Assembly: GCF_050320075.1 (NCBI RefSeq)
Contig: NZ_CP190018.1
Direction: 5' to 3' (one strand)
DNA from: Escherichia coli
GTDB lineage: Bacteria; Pseudomonadota; Gammaproteobacteria; Enterobacterales; Enterobacteriaceae
DNA length: 64,000 nucleotides
Below the pieces are notes generated by a model that worked only from the letters and a program-made list of their open reading frames with translations, did not search any database and was not told where the DNA came from. Positions within the stretch are counted from its first letter, which is position 1; each line of letters starts with the position of its first letter. Position numbers and translations under genes: made by a program. This document shows positions 23,353 to 33,100 of the stretch, piece by piece.

Positions 23353-23808
23353 ATGAATTCGTTATCCCGCACACAAAAACCACGGGCAGGTTTTACCCTG
23401 CTGGAAGTGATGGTGGTGATTGTTATTCTTGGCGTCCTGGCAAGTCTGGTGGTGCCTAACCTGTTGGGCAATAAAGAGAAAGCGGATCGGCAAAAAGCCA
23501 TCAGCGATATCGTGGCGCTGGAGAACGCGCTGGATATGTACCGACTGGATAACGGGCGTTATCCGACCACAGAACAGGGGCTGGAGGCGTTGATCCAGCA
23601 ACCAGCCAATATGGCGGACTCCCGCAACTACCGTACTGGTGGATACATTAAACGACTGCCAAAAGATCCGTGGGGCAATGATTATCAGTATCTCAGCCCG
23701 GGTGAAAAAGGGCTGTTTGATGTTTATACCCTGGGGGCAGATGGTCAGGAAAACGGGGAAGGCGCTGGCGCAGATATCGGTAACTGGAATTTGCAGGAGT
23801 TTCAGTAA
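23353..23808 (+). CDS. gspG: Major pseudopilin GspG.
   Basis: Prepilin leader and cleavage motif ...RAGFTLLEVMVVIVILG. Start placed at ATG 23353. Confidence 0.9.
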   Translation: MNSLSRTQKPRAGFTLLEVMVVIVILGVLASLVVPNLLGNKEKADRQKAISDIVALENALDMYRLDNGRYPTTEQGLEALIQQPANMADSRNYRTGGYIKRLPKDPWGNDYQYLSPGEKGLFDVYTLGADGQENGEGAGADIGNWNLQEFQ

Positions 23809-23811
23809 TCA

Positions 23812-24375
23812 GTGCCTGAACGCGGATTCACTCTTCTGGAAATCATGCTGGTGATTTTCCTTATCGGCCTTGCCAGTGCGGGCGTGGTGCAGACTTTTGC
23901 GACCGATTCTGAACCGCCTGCGAAAAAAGCAGCGCAGGATTTTCTGACTCGCTTTGCGCAGTTTAAAGACAGGGCAGTGATCGAAGGGCAGACACTCGGT
24001 GTACTAATCGACCCGCCGGGATACCAGTTTATGCAGCGTCGTCAGGGGCAGTGGTTGCCCGTTTCTGCGACCCGGTTATCGGCACAGGTTACGGTGCCGA
24101 AACAGGTGCAGATGCTGTTACAACCCGGAAGTGATATCTGGCAGAAGGAATATGCGCTGGAGCTGCAGCGTCGTCGCCTGACGCTGCACGATATTGAACT
24201 GGAGCTGCAAAAAGAGGCGAAAAAGAAGACGCCGCAGATCCGTTTTTCGCCTTTTGAACCCGCCACGCCGTTTACGCTGCGCTTCTACTCGGCGGTGCAA
24301 AACGCATGTTGGGCGGTAAAACTGGCACACGATGGCGCGTTATCCCTCAATCAATGTGATGAGAGGATGCGATGA
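23812..24375 (+). CDS. gspH: Minor pseudopilin GspH.
   Basis: GFTLLEIMLVIFLIG prepilin motif, with a GTG start. Confidence 0.85.
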   Translation: MPERGFTLLEIMLVIFLIGLASAGVVQTFATDSEPPAKKAAQDFLTRFAQFKDRAVIEGQTLGVLIDPPGYQFMQRRQGQWLPVSATRLSAQVTVPKQVQMLLQPGSDIWQKEYALELQRRRLTLHDIELELQKEAKKKTPQIRFSPFEPATPFTLRFYSAVQNACWAVKLAHDGALSLNQCDERMR

Positions 24376-24743
24376 AGCGCGGATTTACCTTGCTGGAAGT
24401 GATGCTCGCGCTGGCGATTTTTGCGCTGGCTGCCACGGCGGTGTTACAGATTGCCAGCGGCGCGCTGAGTAATCAGCACGTTCTTGAGGAAAAAACGGTA
24501 GCGGGGTGGGTGGCTGAAAACCAGACCGCGCTGCTCTACCTGATGACCCGCGAGCAGCGGGCGGTCAGGCATCAGGGCGAGAGCGATATGGCAGGAAGCC
24601 GCTGGTACTGGCGAACCACACCGCTGAGTACAGGCAACGCGCTACTCCAGGCGGTGGATATTGAAGTCAGCCGTCACGAAGACTTTTCGTCGGTGATTCA
24701 GTCACGACGCGCCTGGTTTAGCGCCGTGGGAGGCCAACAGTGA
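24372..24743 (+). CDS. gspI: Minor pseudopilin GspI.
   Basis: GFTLLEVMLALAIF motif. Its start overlaps the gspH stop. Confidence 0.85.
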   Translation: MKRGFTLLEVMLALAIFALAATAVLQIASGALSNQHVLEEKTVAGWVAENQTALLYLMTREQRAVRHQGESDMAGSRWYWRTTPLSTGNALLQAVDIEVSRHEDFSSVIQSRRAWFSAVGGQQ

Positions 24744-25345
24744 GAAGGACTCGCGCTGGTTTCACGTTACTGGAAATGCTGGTGGCGATAGCCATTTTTG
24801 CCTCGCTGGCACTGATGGCGCAGCAGGTGACTAACGGCGTCACACGCGTGAATAGTGCCGTCGCCGATCACGATCAAAAACTAAACCTCATGCAGCAAAC
24901 GATGAGTTTTCTGACCCACGATCTGACACAAATGATGCCGCGTCCGGTAAGAGGCGATCAGGGCCAGCGTGAACCAGCGTTACTGGCTGGCGCTGGCGTG
25001 CTGGCGTCTGAGAGTGAAGGGATGCGCTTTGTGCGCGGCGGCGTGGTTAATCCGTTGATGCGTCTGCCGCGCAGTAATCTGCTCACCGTCGGTTACCGCA
25101 TTCATGACGGTTATCTCGAACGGTTAGCCTGGCCGCTGACCGACGCAGCAGGCAGCGTGAAGCCGACAATGCAAAAGTTGATTCCGGCGGATTCGCTTCG
25201 TTTGCAGTTCTATGATGGTATGCGCTGGCAGGAGAGCTGGTCGTCAGTACAGGCGATCCCCGTGGCGGTACGCATAACCCTGCATTCGCCGCAGTGGGGC
25301 GAAATTGAACGCATCTGGTTGTTACGCGGGCCGCAATTATCATGA
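24740..25345 (+). CDS. gspJ: Minor pseudopilin GspJ.
   Basis: GFTLLEMLVAIAIF motif. The GTG start overlaps the gspI stop. Confidence 0.85.
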   Translation: MRRTRAGFTLLEMLVAIAIFASLALMAQQVTNGVTRVNSAVADHDQKLNLMQQTMSFLTHDLTQMMPRPVRGDQGQREPALLAGAGVLASESEGMRFVRGGVVNPLMRLPRSNLLTVGYRIHDGYLERLAWPLTDAAGSVKPTMQKLIPADSLRLQFYDGMRWQESWSSVQAIPVAVRITLHSPQWGEIERIWLLRGPQLS

Positions 25346-26319
25346 TCACCTCACCACCAAAACGCGGAATGGCACTGGTCGTGGTGCTGGTATTGCTGGC
25401 GGTTATGATGCTGGTGACCATCACGCTTTCCGGGCGAATGCAGCAACAACTTGGGCGAACGCGCAGCCAGCAGGAGTACCAGCAGGCGCTGTGGTACAGC
25501 GCCAGTGCAGAAAGCCTGGCGTTGAGCGCACTCAGTCTGAGCCTGAAAAATGAAAAACGTGTGCATCTGGCACAGCCGTGGGCTTCTGGCCCTCGTTTTT
25601 TCCCACTGCCGCAGGGGCAAATCGCCGTCACTCTGCGTGACGCACAGGCCTGCTTTAACCTGAATGCCCTCGCTCAGCCGACGACGGCGTCGCGTCCTAT
25701 TGCGGTACAACAACTGATTGCCCTGATATCACGCCTCAATGTGCCTGCTTATCGGGCCGAACTGATAGCCGAAAGCCTGTGGGAGTTTATTGACGAAGAC
25801 CGCAGCGTGCAGACGCGTCTGGGCCGTGAAGACAGCGAGTATCTCGCCCGTTCGGTGCCGTTTTACGCTGCCAATCAACCGCTGGCTGATATCAGCGAGA
25901 TGCGCGTGGTGCAGGGAATGGACGCCGGACTTTATCAAAAACTGAAACCGCTGGTCTGTGCGCTGCCGATGACCCGCCAGCAAATCAACATCAATACCCT
26001 GGACGTCGCGCAAAGTGTGATTCTTGAGGCGCTGTTTGACCCGTGGTTAAGCCCTGTTCAGGCGCGGGCGTTATTACAACAACGTCCGGCGAAGGGCTGG
26101 GAAGATGTCGATCAGTTTCTTGCGCAGCCGCTACTTGCTGACGTCGATGAGCGTACTAAAAAACAGCTAAAAACCGTCCTGAGCGTGGACAGCAATTACT
26201 TCTGGCTGCGTTCAGATATCACCGTGAATGAGATTGAACTGACGATGAACTCGTTAATTGTCCGCATGGGCCCACAACACTTTTCGGTTCTCTGGCATCA
26301 GACAGGAGAAAGTGAGTGA
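25342..26319 (+). CDS. gspK: Minor pseudopilin GspK.
   Basis: 325 aa with an N-terminal hydrophobic segment. Position and size are typical of GspK. Confidence 0.85.
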   Translation: MITSPPKRGMALVVVLVLLAVMMLVTITLSGRMQQQLGRTRSQQEYQQALWYSASAESLALSALSLSLKNEKRVHLAQPWASGPRFFPLPQGQIAVTLRDAQACFNLNALAQPTTASRPIAVQQLIALISRLNVPAYRAELIAESLWEFIDEDRSVQTRLGREDSEYLARSVPFYAANQPLADISEMRVVQGMDAGLYQKLKPLVCALPMTRQQININTLDVAQSVILEALFDPWLSPVQARALLQQRPAKGWEDVDQFLAQPLLADVDERTKKQLKTVLSVDSNYFWLRSDITVNEIELTMNSLIVRMGPQHFSVLWHQTGESE

Positions 26320-27494
26320 GTTCCATGCTTGAGATTTTTATCCCGCTTTGCGCCTCCGATCCCATCCGTTGGCAGCACCGTACCACCGACGTGGAGCACG
26401 GCATCTGGTCTGACGTTGACAACGAACAGCTCCAGCAATGGCTGCAAACTGATGCGATTCGACTCTACATTCCCGGCGAATGGATCAGCGTCTGGCAGGT
26501 TGAACTGCCTGATATCCCCCGCAAGCAGATACCGACTATTCTGCCCGCCTTGCTGGAAGAAGAGCTGAACCAGGATATCGATGAACTGCATTTCGCCCCG
26601 TTGAAAATCGACCAGCAACTGGCAACCGTAGCAGTGATTCACCAACAGCATATGCGCAACATTGCGCAGTGGTTGCAGGCAAACGGCATCACCCGCGCTA
26701 CCGTCGCGCCGGACTGGATGTCCATTCCTTGTGGGTTTATGGCTGGCGATGCGCAACGGGTTATCTGCCGCATCGATGAATGCCGGGGATGGAGCGCCGG
26801 GCGGGCGCTGGCTCCGGTCATGTTCCGCGCACAGCTCAATGAGCAGGATTTACCGCTTTTACTAACCGTGGTCGGCATTGCACCGGAAGAACTGTCTGCA
26901 TGGGCTGGTGCAGACGCCGAACGCCTGACCGTTACGGCTCTGCCCGCCATTACCACTTATGGCGAACCGGAAGGGAACCTGCTAACAGGGCCGTGGCAGC
27001 CTCGGGTCAGCTACCGAAAACAGTGGGCGCGCTGGCGGGTGATGATTCTGCCGGTATTGCTGATTCTGGTTGCGCTGGCAGTGGAACGGGGCGTGACGTT
27101 ATGGAGCATCAGCGAACAGGTGGCGCAAAGCCGCACCCAGGCGGAAAAAAAGTTCTTAACACTGTTCCCGGAGCAGAAGCGGATTGTGAATTTGCGTTCC
27201 CAGGTGACGATGGCGCTGAAAAAATATCGCCCGCAGGCCGACGATACCCGGCTGCTCGCAGAATTGTCAGCGATCGCCAGTACCCTGAAAACGGCGTCAC
27301 TTTCCGACATCGAAATGCGTGGTTTCACCTTTGATCAAAAACGCCAGACTCTTCACCTCCAGCTGCGGGCCGCGAACTTTGCCAGCTTCGACAAACTGCG
27401 TAGCGCACTGGCAACCGATTATGTTGTGCAACAGGACGCATTACAGAAAGAGGGTGATGCGGTTTCCGGCGGCGTAACGTTGCGGAGGAAATAA
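26316..27494 (+). CDS. gspL: T2SS protein GspL.
   Basis: 392 aa with a single central TM segment (VMILPVLLILVALAV). The start is either GTG 26316 or ATG 26325. Confidence 0.85.
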   Translation: MSSMLEIFIPLCASDPIRWQHRTTDVEHGIWSDVDNEQLQQWLQTDAIRLYIPGEWISVWQVELPDIPRKQIPTILPALLEEELNQDIDELHFAPLKIDQQLATVAVIHQQHMRNIAQWLQANGITRATVAPDWMSIPCGFMAGDAQRVICRIDECRGWSAGRALAPVMFRAQLNEQDLPLLLTVVGIAPEELSAWAGADAERLTVTALPAITTYGEPEGNLLTGPWQPRVSYRKQWARWRVMILPVLLILVALAVERGVTLWSISEQVAQSRTQAEKKFLTLFPEQKRIVNLRSQVTMALKKYRPQADDTRLLAELSAIASTLKTASLSDIEMRGFTFDQKRQTLHLQLRAANFASFDKLRSALATDYVVQQDALQKEGDAVSGGVTLRRK

Positions 27495-27495
27495 C

Positions 27496-28032
27496 ATGTT
27501 ACGCGATAAATTTATTCACTATTTTCAGCAATGGCGTGAACGCCAGTTAAGCCGTGGCGAACACTGGCTGGCACAACACCTGGTGGGGCGTTCGCCGCGT
27601 GAAAAGGGCATGTTACTGGCAGCGGTGGTGTTCCTGTTTAGCGCCGGATATTACGTCCTCATCTGGCAGCCTTTGAGCGAACGGATAGAACAACAGGAGA
27701 CGATGTTGCAGCAGCTGGTGGCGATGAACACCCGACTGAAGAACGCCGCGCCGGATATTATTGCAGCGCGAAAATCTGCCACAACAACGCCTGCGCAGGT
27801 ATCGCGGGTCATCAGTGACAGTGCTTCCGCGCACTCGGTGGTCATCAAGCGGATAGCCGAGCGTGGGGAGAATATTCAAGTCTGGATAGATCCGGTGGTG
27901 TTTAATGACCTGCTGAACTGGTTAAAAGCACTGGATGAAAAATATGCGCTGCGGGTGACACAAATTGATGTCAGTGCTGCTGAGAAGACTGGGATGGTGA
28001 ATGTGCAGCGGCTGGAGTTTGGGCGGGGGTAG
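27496..28032 (+). CDS. gspM: T2SS protein GspM.
   Basis: 178 aa with an N-terminal TM segment. It is the last gene of the gsp operon. Confidence 0.85.
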   Translation: MLRDKFIHYFQQWRERQLSRGEHWLAQHLVGRSPREKGMLLAAVVFLFSAGYYVLIWQPLSERIEQQETMLQQLVAMNTRLKNAAPDIIAARKSATTTPAQVSRVISDSASAHSVVIKRIAERGENIQVWIDPVVFNDLLNWLKALDEKYALRVTQIDVSAAEKTGMVNVQRLEFGRG

Positions 28033-28298
28033 GTATTAAAAACTATAAACATTAGTGATATTAAACGTATTATCAAGATTCATTAGCTATTACTTTAACC
28101 TTGATATGTTCCTTATTATATTAAAGTCAGAGTAAGTTGCATATATAAATGAATTATGAACCTACTGAGTAAATTTTTATAGATGTGATTAATAAAGGAA
28201 TATCGATAACCGATTAATATTACAACAATTTGATGAGGCTTACATGTCAAAAAGAATCAACAAATAATTATATCAGAAAAAGTTATATTATCTTATTG

Positions 28299-28320
28299 AA
28301 GGCCTCTTTAAAGAGGCCTT
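28299..28320. terminator. Perfect 22-bp palindrome, a possible bidirectional hairpin.
   Basis: AAGGCCTCTTT/AAAGAGGCCTT, within the AT-rich spacer between gspM and the capsule locus. Confidence 0.35.
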
Positions 28321-28710
28321 GCGTGGGCGAAGCGTTCTATGTAACAGTACATGCAACTGGGGTAACTTTTCTTTAAAGGGTATTTTTTCGAACGTGTATT
28401 AGGAAAAGTATTTACATAGAGTGATATTCAGGTTGTAATAAGTTACCTTTGTTACAGTTACGTGGTGTGTGTTTTGTGGTGGATTGTTGGCCTCCTGATT
28501 ATCGTTGTTGTGTTTGTTATCTTAGTGGTCAGGTCTCGTATGCAGGATATGGATGATGATTATTGATAAAAATGTTATCATAAAATTTATAGAGGTATTA
28601 TATTGAATAAGTAAAATATAATGTTGTATTGAACTTTTTACTATTTTTATTGTAAAAAGACCCGCTTTAATTTTATGCATTTTTGAGAGTCTGACCAAAT
28701 AATGGTGTTT

Positions 28711-28908
28711 TCAATATTCCTCTAGCGTCATATTGTTCAGTGATTTATGCGGGTGTTCACAGTTGTATTCTAGCAACCATTTTCCCTTGATTCCCCACAC
28801 TTCATTCAGTATTCTGGGCAGATGAAAATTGAGTGTTTCTGTACGGGATGTCCGGTTAAAACACTCAATGAAAGCGTACTGCGTCAGCTTACTTGGTTGG
28901 ATAAACAT
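28711..28908 (-). pseudogene. Remnant of an IS3-family transposase (C-terminal end of the OrfB / rve integrase core).
   Basis: The translation ...PSKLTQYAFIECFNRTSRTETLNFHLPRILNEVWGIKGKWLLEYNCEHPHKSLNNMTLEEY matches the PGKPxxNxFIESFNGxxRxECLN...YNxxRPHSSL pattern. No upstream catalytic region or inverted repeats were seen. Confidence 0.65.
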
Positions 28909-28980
28909 GCAGTAAAACTGGAGTTTATCCAGTTACAAAAAAAATAATGCGCATTATTAATAACACGCATTAAATATAGA

Positions 28981-29034
28981 TTAATTCTTTAATTCTTTAA
29001 TTCTTTAATTCTTTAATTCTTTAATTCTTTAATT
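28981..29034. repeat. 8-bp microsatellite (TTAATTCT), about 6.5 copies.
   Basis: Read directly from the sequence. It spans the stop codon of the 388-aa ORF; on the minus strand it reads AAAGAATT repeated. Confidence 0.95.
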
Positions 29035-30179
29035 AATTCGCTATAACTTTTATAAATAATATCTAAAACCCTAATTAAATCATTTTTATACCTCAGGTTA
29101 TCAGGTTTTATAGAATATGCCTTTTTTAAGTATAGCTCAGAGGTTTTGTAGTCCTTAACTTTTTCAAAAATTAACCCTATATGATGGTATGCTGGAGCAT
29201 AATTTGGATCTTCGTTGATACAGCACTTATAATTATTGATGGCTTCATCAAATTTATTCACATGATTCAATGCTATTCCAAGTTCAAAATATGTATCGCG
29301 GTTTTTCGCTATTTTTACAGATCTTGTTAAAAACGGTAAGGCTGCTGCTGGTTTTTTTTGTCGAGTTAAAGCCATGCCATAATATAAATTATATAGTGGG
29401 TTTGTTATATTATTGTGTTTTACAGAATCAAGAACTTCAATGGCTTGGTCGTACTTTCTGTTTCTGATTAGTACATAGGCATTATAAATTTCATGTATGT
29501 TGTACTTTGAAAAATAATCTTTTCCTGAATATTCGCAATGAAATATCTTTGTTGCTTCGTTATCATTCTTTATCACAGTTTCAATAAATTTATCAATTTT
29601 AATAAAGTTCTCATGAATACTTTTTGTTACATTATGACCAGTGTTTTTTATTATTATGATGTGGATATTTTCTAATGTATATGGCAGTAACGATGCATTA
29701 TATAGATCGATTATGTCAAGCTCACCTGAAAATATATAAAACGTTGTGTCGGTGGCATTAGAAAACAAATTTGTTAAATCATGATATTTAACTTTAATGT
29801 CTTCGGGCATATGTAATTTACTTCGGCTAAAAGGGAGTTGTAAAACATATTCTGCCCCGAAACAAATTACATGTTTTGCTTTATTTTTAATTCCATATAA
29901 CGCTGCTCCCGTTCCTCCCATTGAACTACCAATATATATTGTATTTTTTTTCTTAGTAATGGATTTTATTGCGTCAACGCTATCTTCTAATGAAGAACCC
30001 ATACTTGGGATATTATGTTGATACCAATGATTTCTATCAATATTAATAAAGGTTTTCTTTCCCGGGAAGGAACTTAGTATTTTGTAAAGAGTGAATTTTC
30101 CTTTAGGTGTATTAAGTGCGGAAAAAATAACAAGGTGAGTATCAAATTCGTCATCTTTATGTAAAATGAAAGGGTTCAT
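29013..30179 (-). CDS. Capsule region-2 protein with an N-terminal alpha/beta-hydrolase-like domain and C-terminal TPR repeats. It is a candidate polysaccharide O-acyl (acetyl) transferase or esterase.
   Basis: 388 aa with the nucleophile-elbow motif GSSMG (aa 84-88). Downstream Asp/His candidates are SGELDIID and NTGHN. TPR-like repeats occupy about aa 240-370. The coding DNA is very AT-rich, and the gene is the last one downstream of kpsMT. Confidence 0.5.
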   Translation of the reverse strand: MNPFILHKDDEFDTHLVIFSALNTPKGKFTLYKILSSFPGKKTFINIDRNHWYQHNIPSMGSSLEDSVDAIKSITKKKNTIYIGSSMGGTGAALYGIKNKAKHVICFGAEYVLQLPFSRSKLHMPEDIKVKYHDLTNLFSNATDTTFYIFSGELDIIDLYNASLLPYTLENIHIIIIKNTGHNVTKSIHENFIKIDKFIETVIKNDNEATKIFHCEYSGKDYFSKYNIHEIYNAYVLIRNRKYDQAIEVLDSVKHNNITNPLYNLYYGMALTRQKKPAAALPFLTRSVKIAKNRDTYFELGIALNHVNKFDEAINNYKCCINEDPNYAPAYHHIGLIFEKVKDYKTSELYLKKAYSIKPDNLRYKNDLIRVLDIIYKSYSELIKELKN

Positions 30180-30183
30180 ACGA

Positions 30184-33100
30184 TTATCTCAAACAATCAT
30201 TTTTAATAATTAAAATTTCTTTATCCCAATTATGAGAATATTTTATTTTTTGGTTTTTTTCCCCATTAGGTCCTTTAAGTGCATCATTTTTATTGAGGCT
30301 AAAACCGAGCACGTCATCATTTGCTAATTTTCCGTTAATTTCTTTTATCCAAGATAAAACTTGAACTCCTCCGCTTGGCGGTGATGATATTTTTTTACAT
30401 AACGACTGGTAAATATCAAATGGAATACAGGTAGTAGGAATATTTGACTTATAAAAATCGTAGAAAAAGTCAAATGCTGAAGGAGAACGGTCTATATGAT
30501 TAGTACCCGTTATTATAACAGCTTTTAAGCCAGCTAAAGACTTTCTAGAGACTTCTTCAAATGAAGGTGATTTTACCCAAATGTCAGTTTTTACTCCTAT
30601 ATCAGCTCTTCGGTTAAGGCTCGTATCGTAGCTATTAAATCTAATTACGATATTGCACTTATTTATCTCTTTTCCCTTTTTAATCCCTCTTTGGTTTGGT
30701 GAATTACCTATGATTTTAATATTATCTTTGTTTTTCTTTAATAAAGAAACTATGATATCTTTGCTATTTTCCACAAAATTATAACACCGAGCCAGTTCTC
30801 TGATATATTCACCTTCATCGAAGTCTAAAGATGAAATATAATTTTCGTCATTACTAATGATATTGGCCAATCGAAGATATTGTTTCTTTCTGAAAATGGA
30901 AGGTGATTTTGCTATACACTTTTTAGCGAGAATTATAGCATCTTGATAATTTCCACTTTCGGCAAGTATTGATGATAAATCAAATTGTTGATCTATCGTA
31001 AGATTCGCTGTGATGGGTGACTTAGCAAATTTTACCATCTCTTTGTTTATGCCAAAATAAATCCATTTTGTTCTGTAATATAGATAGGAAAGAGTTGGCG
31101 TGTATTTTTCTATTGGTTTTACTCGCTTATAAGCATTATCTAATTCGCTTCCAAATTTTCGCTTTGCTATGAGCGGGCGAATGGTGTCAGAAAAAAGCCA
31201 ATTATTAAAGTTTTTATTTAACCTTAATATTATTTCATTTTTTTTATTTTTTTTCAAGAGCATGTCTTGAGCGAATTTTTTTGGGGATTTAATCAATTTT
31301 AATATTTTTTTATTAGGTATATGGGGTGGAGTTGTTTTTATATAATTCATTGGTGGTTGTTGTTCTTGAGAAGGAAGTTGCTTTTTTCGTTGTGTTGGTG
31401 GATTCATAATAGCTTCAATTAAAGGGTATAGAGATATTTCAAAACCATCCCAATGCCCCTTGTCATATATATCAGATACTGGGAGTTGGCGTATTTTTAA
31501 ATATTCTAAGAAAATATCTCTTCGTTTTTTGGGGATATGTATGTTAGATAACCAGCGTTCTTTTATATTTCCGTCATGGCATTCAACAACTATTCCTTTA
31601 TTTTGAAAAATGCCATAACCTAATGAATATATATTAACTGGGTATTGCATTGCTTCTATTATAACAGTTGAGTTAACGGCGATTAATGCTAACGAATCAC
31701 TTAAACTATTTGATAATTTTTCTTCGTTATCAAAGCTTATATTATCTAATTTTTCAATTGAATAGTTGTTTTTATCCCGAGGATGCTTTCTTATTACAAT
31801 ATGAATATCTTTAGGAAGTGAGGTGCGTATATGATAAATTAGTTCCTGATGACTGAGTTGAAGTGGATATGATTCTTTATCTAAAGTAGTATCTCCGGGT
31901 AGTTGCAGTGCAAGAATCACTTTTTTACTATAAGAAGTTAGAATCGTTTCATTATTGTCAATTGTATAATTATGCGTTAGTTCTTCTAGTGATTTAAATC
32001 GGATACTACTTTTATAGTTTGCGCCCATATAATCAAAATATATATTTCCATTTTGTGGTAACCATCCTAATTCAGAATAAACAGTGGGTATAGAGCGAAG
32101 CGAATAAAGTTCATCTAAAGCATTATTAAAAAATTTAGTGTTGCCATTAAATATAAATAGCATATTCGGATTAGATGCTAGAAAGTCTTCAGAAAGTTTC
32201 CTCAAATTAAATCGCCAATCATAAAATGTATAGTTTTTGGGAGATATTGGGAATTTTCTCGAGAATTTGGTATTGTAATTTAACTCTTTTCTGGAAACGA
32301 AATGATAGTTATTTATTACTGAGCTTAAAAGCCCGCCCCACATCTCTTGTGAGTGTTCATTCATCATAGACAGACCAAATACATCTAGTTTATTATCTAG
32401 ATAATTAGATGCGGCATTTTTGTATGCTAACTTTATTGAGGTATCTGATGCAGTATAAAGATTGTTCTTTATATTCTTGCTTATACATAGGGAATTATTG
32501 CCATTAATTATATTAATTATATTTGAGATATATTTCCTATTGTTTTCAAGTATAAATTCTTCAACGATTTTTCGGTTAGGCGGTAACTGTGATAGCTTGT
32601 CAATTACAGCTGCACTAAAAGTTATTAAATCTTGATAGTGTATTAACGTTAAAAGCTCTGCTGGGTAACATTCTGAAAACCCCCCTACGTCCCAAGCCAC
32701 AACATGACATGAACAACTAATCGCTTCAGCCGCTACTAAACTAAAACTTTCAAATCGACTAGGGATTATACATACTTTTGATTTTTTCAATAGTTCTAAT
32801 TTTGTTTCATTATCAACCCACCCTAAAAATTCAACATTACATTTAGAATTGATAAGATTAACATAATCTTTTTCGGTAATGTTAATGCCAATAATCTTAA
32901 TGTTTATATTATTTGGAAAGTGAGATATTAATTTTGAAAGATAATCGCTTCCTTTTACTAAATCAAGCCGTCCTACAAAAATAACATCAATATCTTTGCA
33001 AGTAACTTCTTGATACATAAAAGGTATAGGGTTGGGAAAAATAGCTACATTGGGTAAAGAAAAACCGTATGCTTGGTAGTTTTTTAGACTTGGTGATGAA

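Noticed and set aside
28461-28565. A 34-aa strongly hydrophobic ORF ((M)VCVLWWIVGLLIIVVVFVILVVRSRMQDMDDDY) that could be a small membrane protein or type I toxin.
   Set aside because: It has only GTG/TTG starts and no recognisable Shine-Dalgarno sequence. It lies in a degenerate AT-rich junction scar. It cannot be supported without expression or conservation data.
28981-29034. The 8-bp microsatellite at the 3' end of the 388-aa capsule gene as a slipped-strand phase-variation switch.
   Set aside because: On the coding strand the unit AAAGAATT generates a stop in every frame within two units. The ORF terminates in the second unit regardless of copy number. Copy-number change therefore cannot alter the protein beyond the last few residues.
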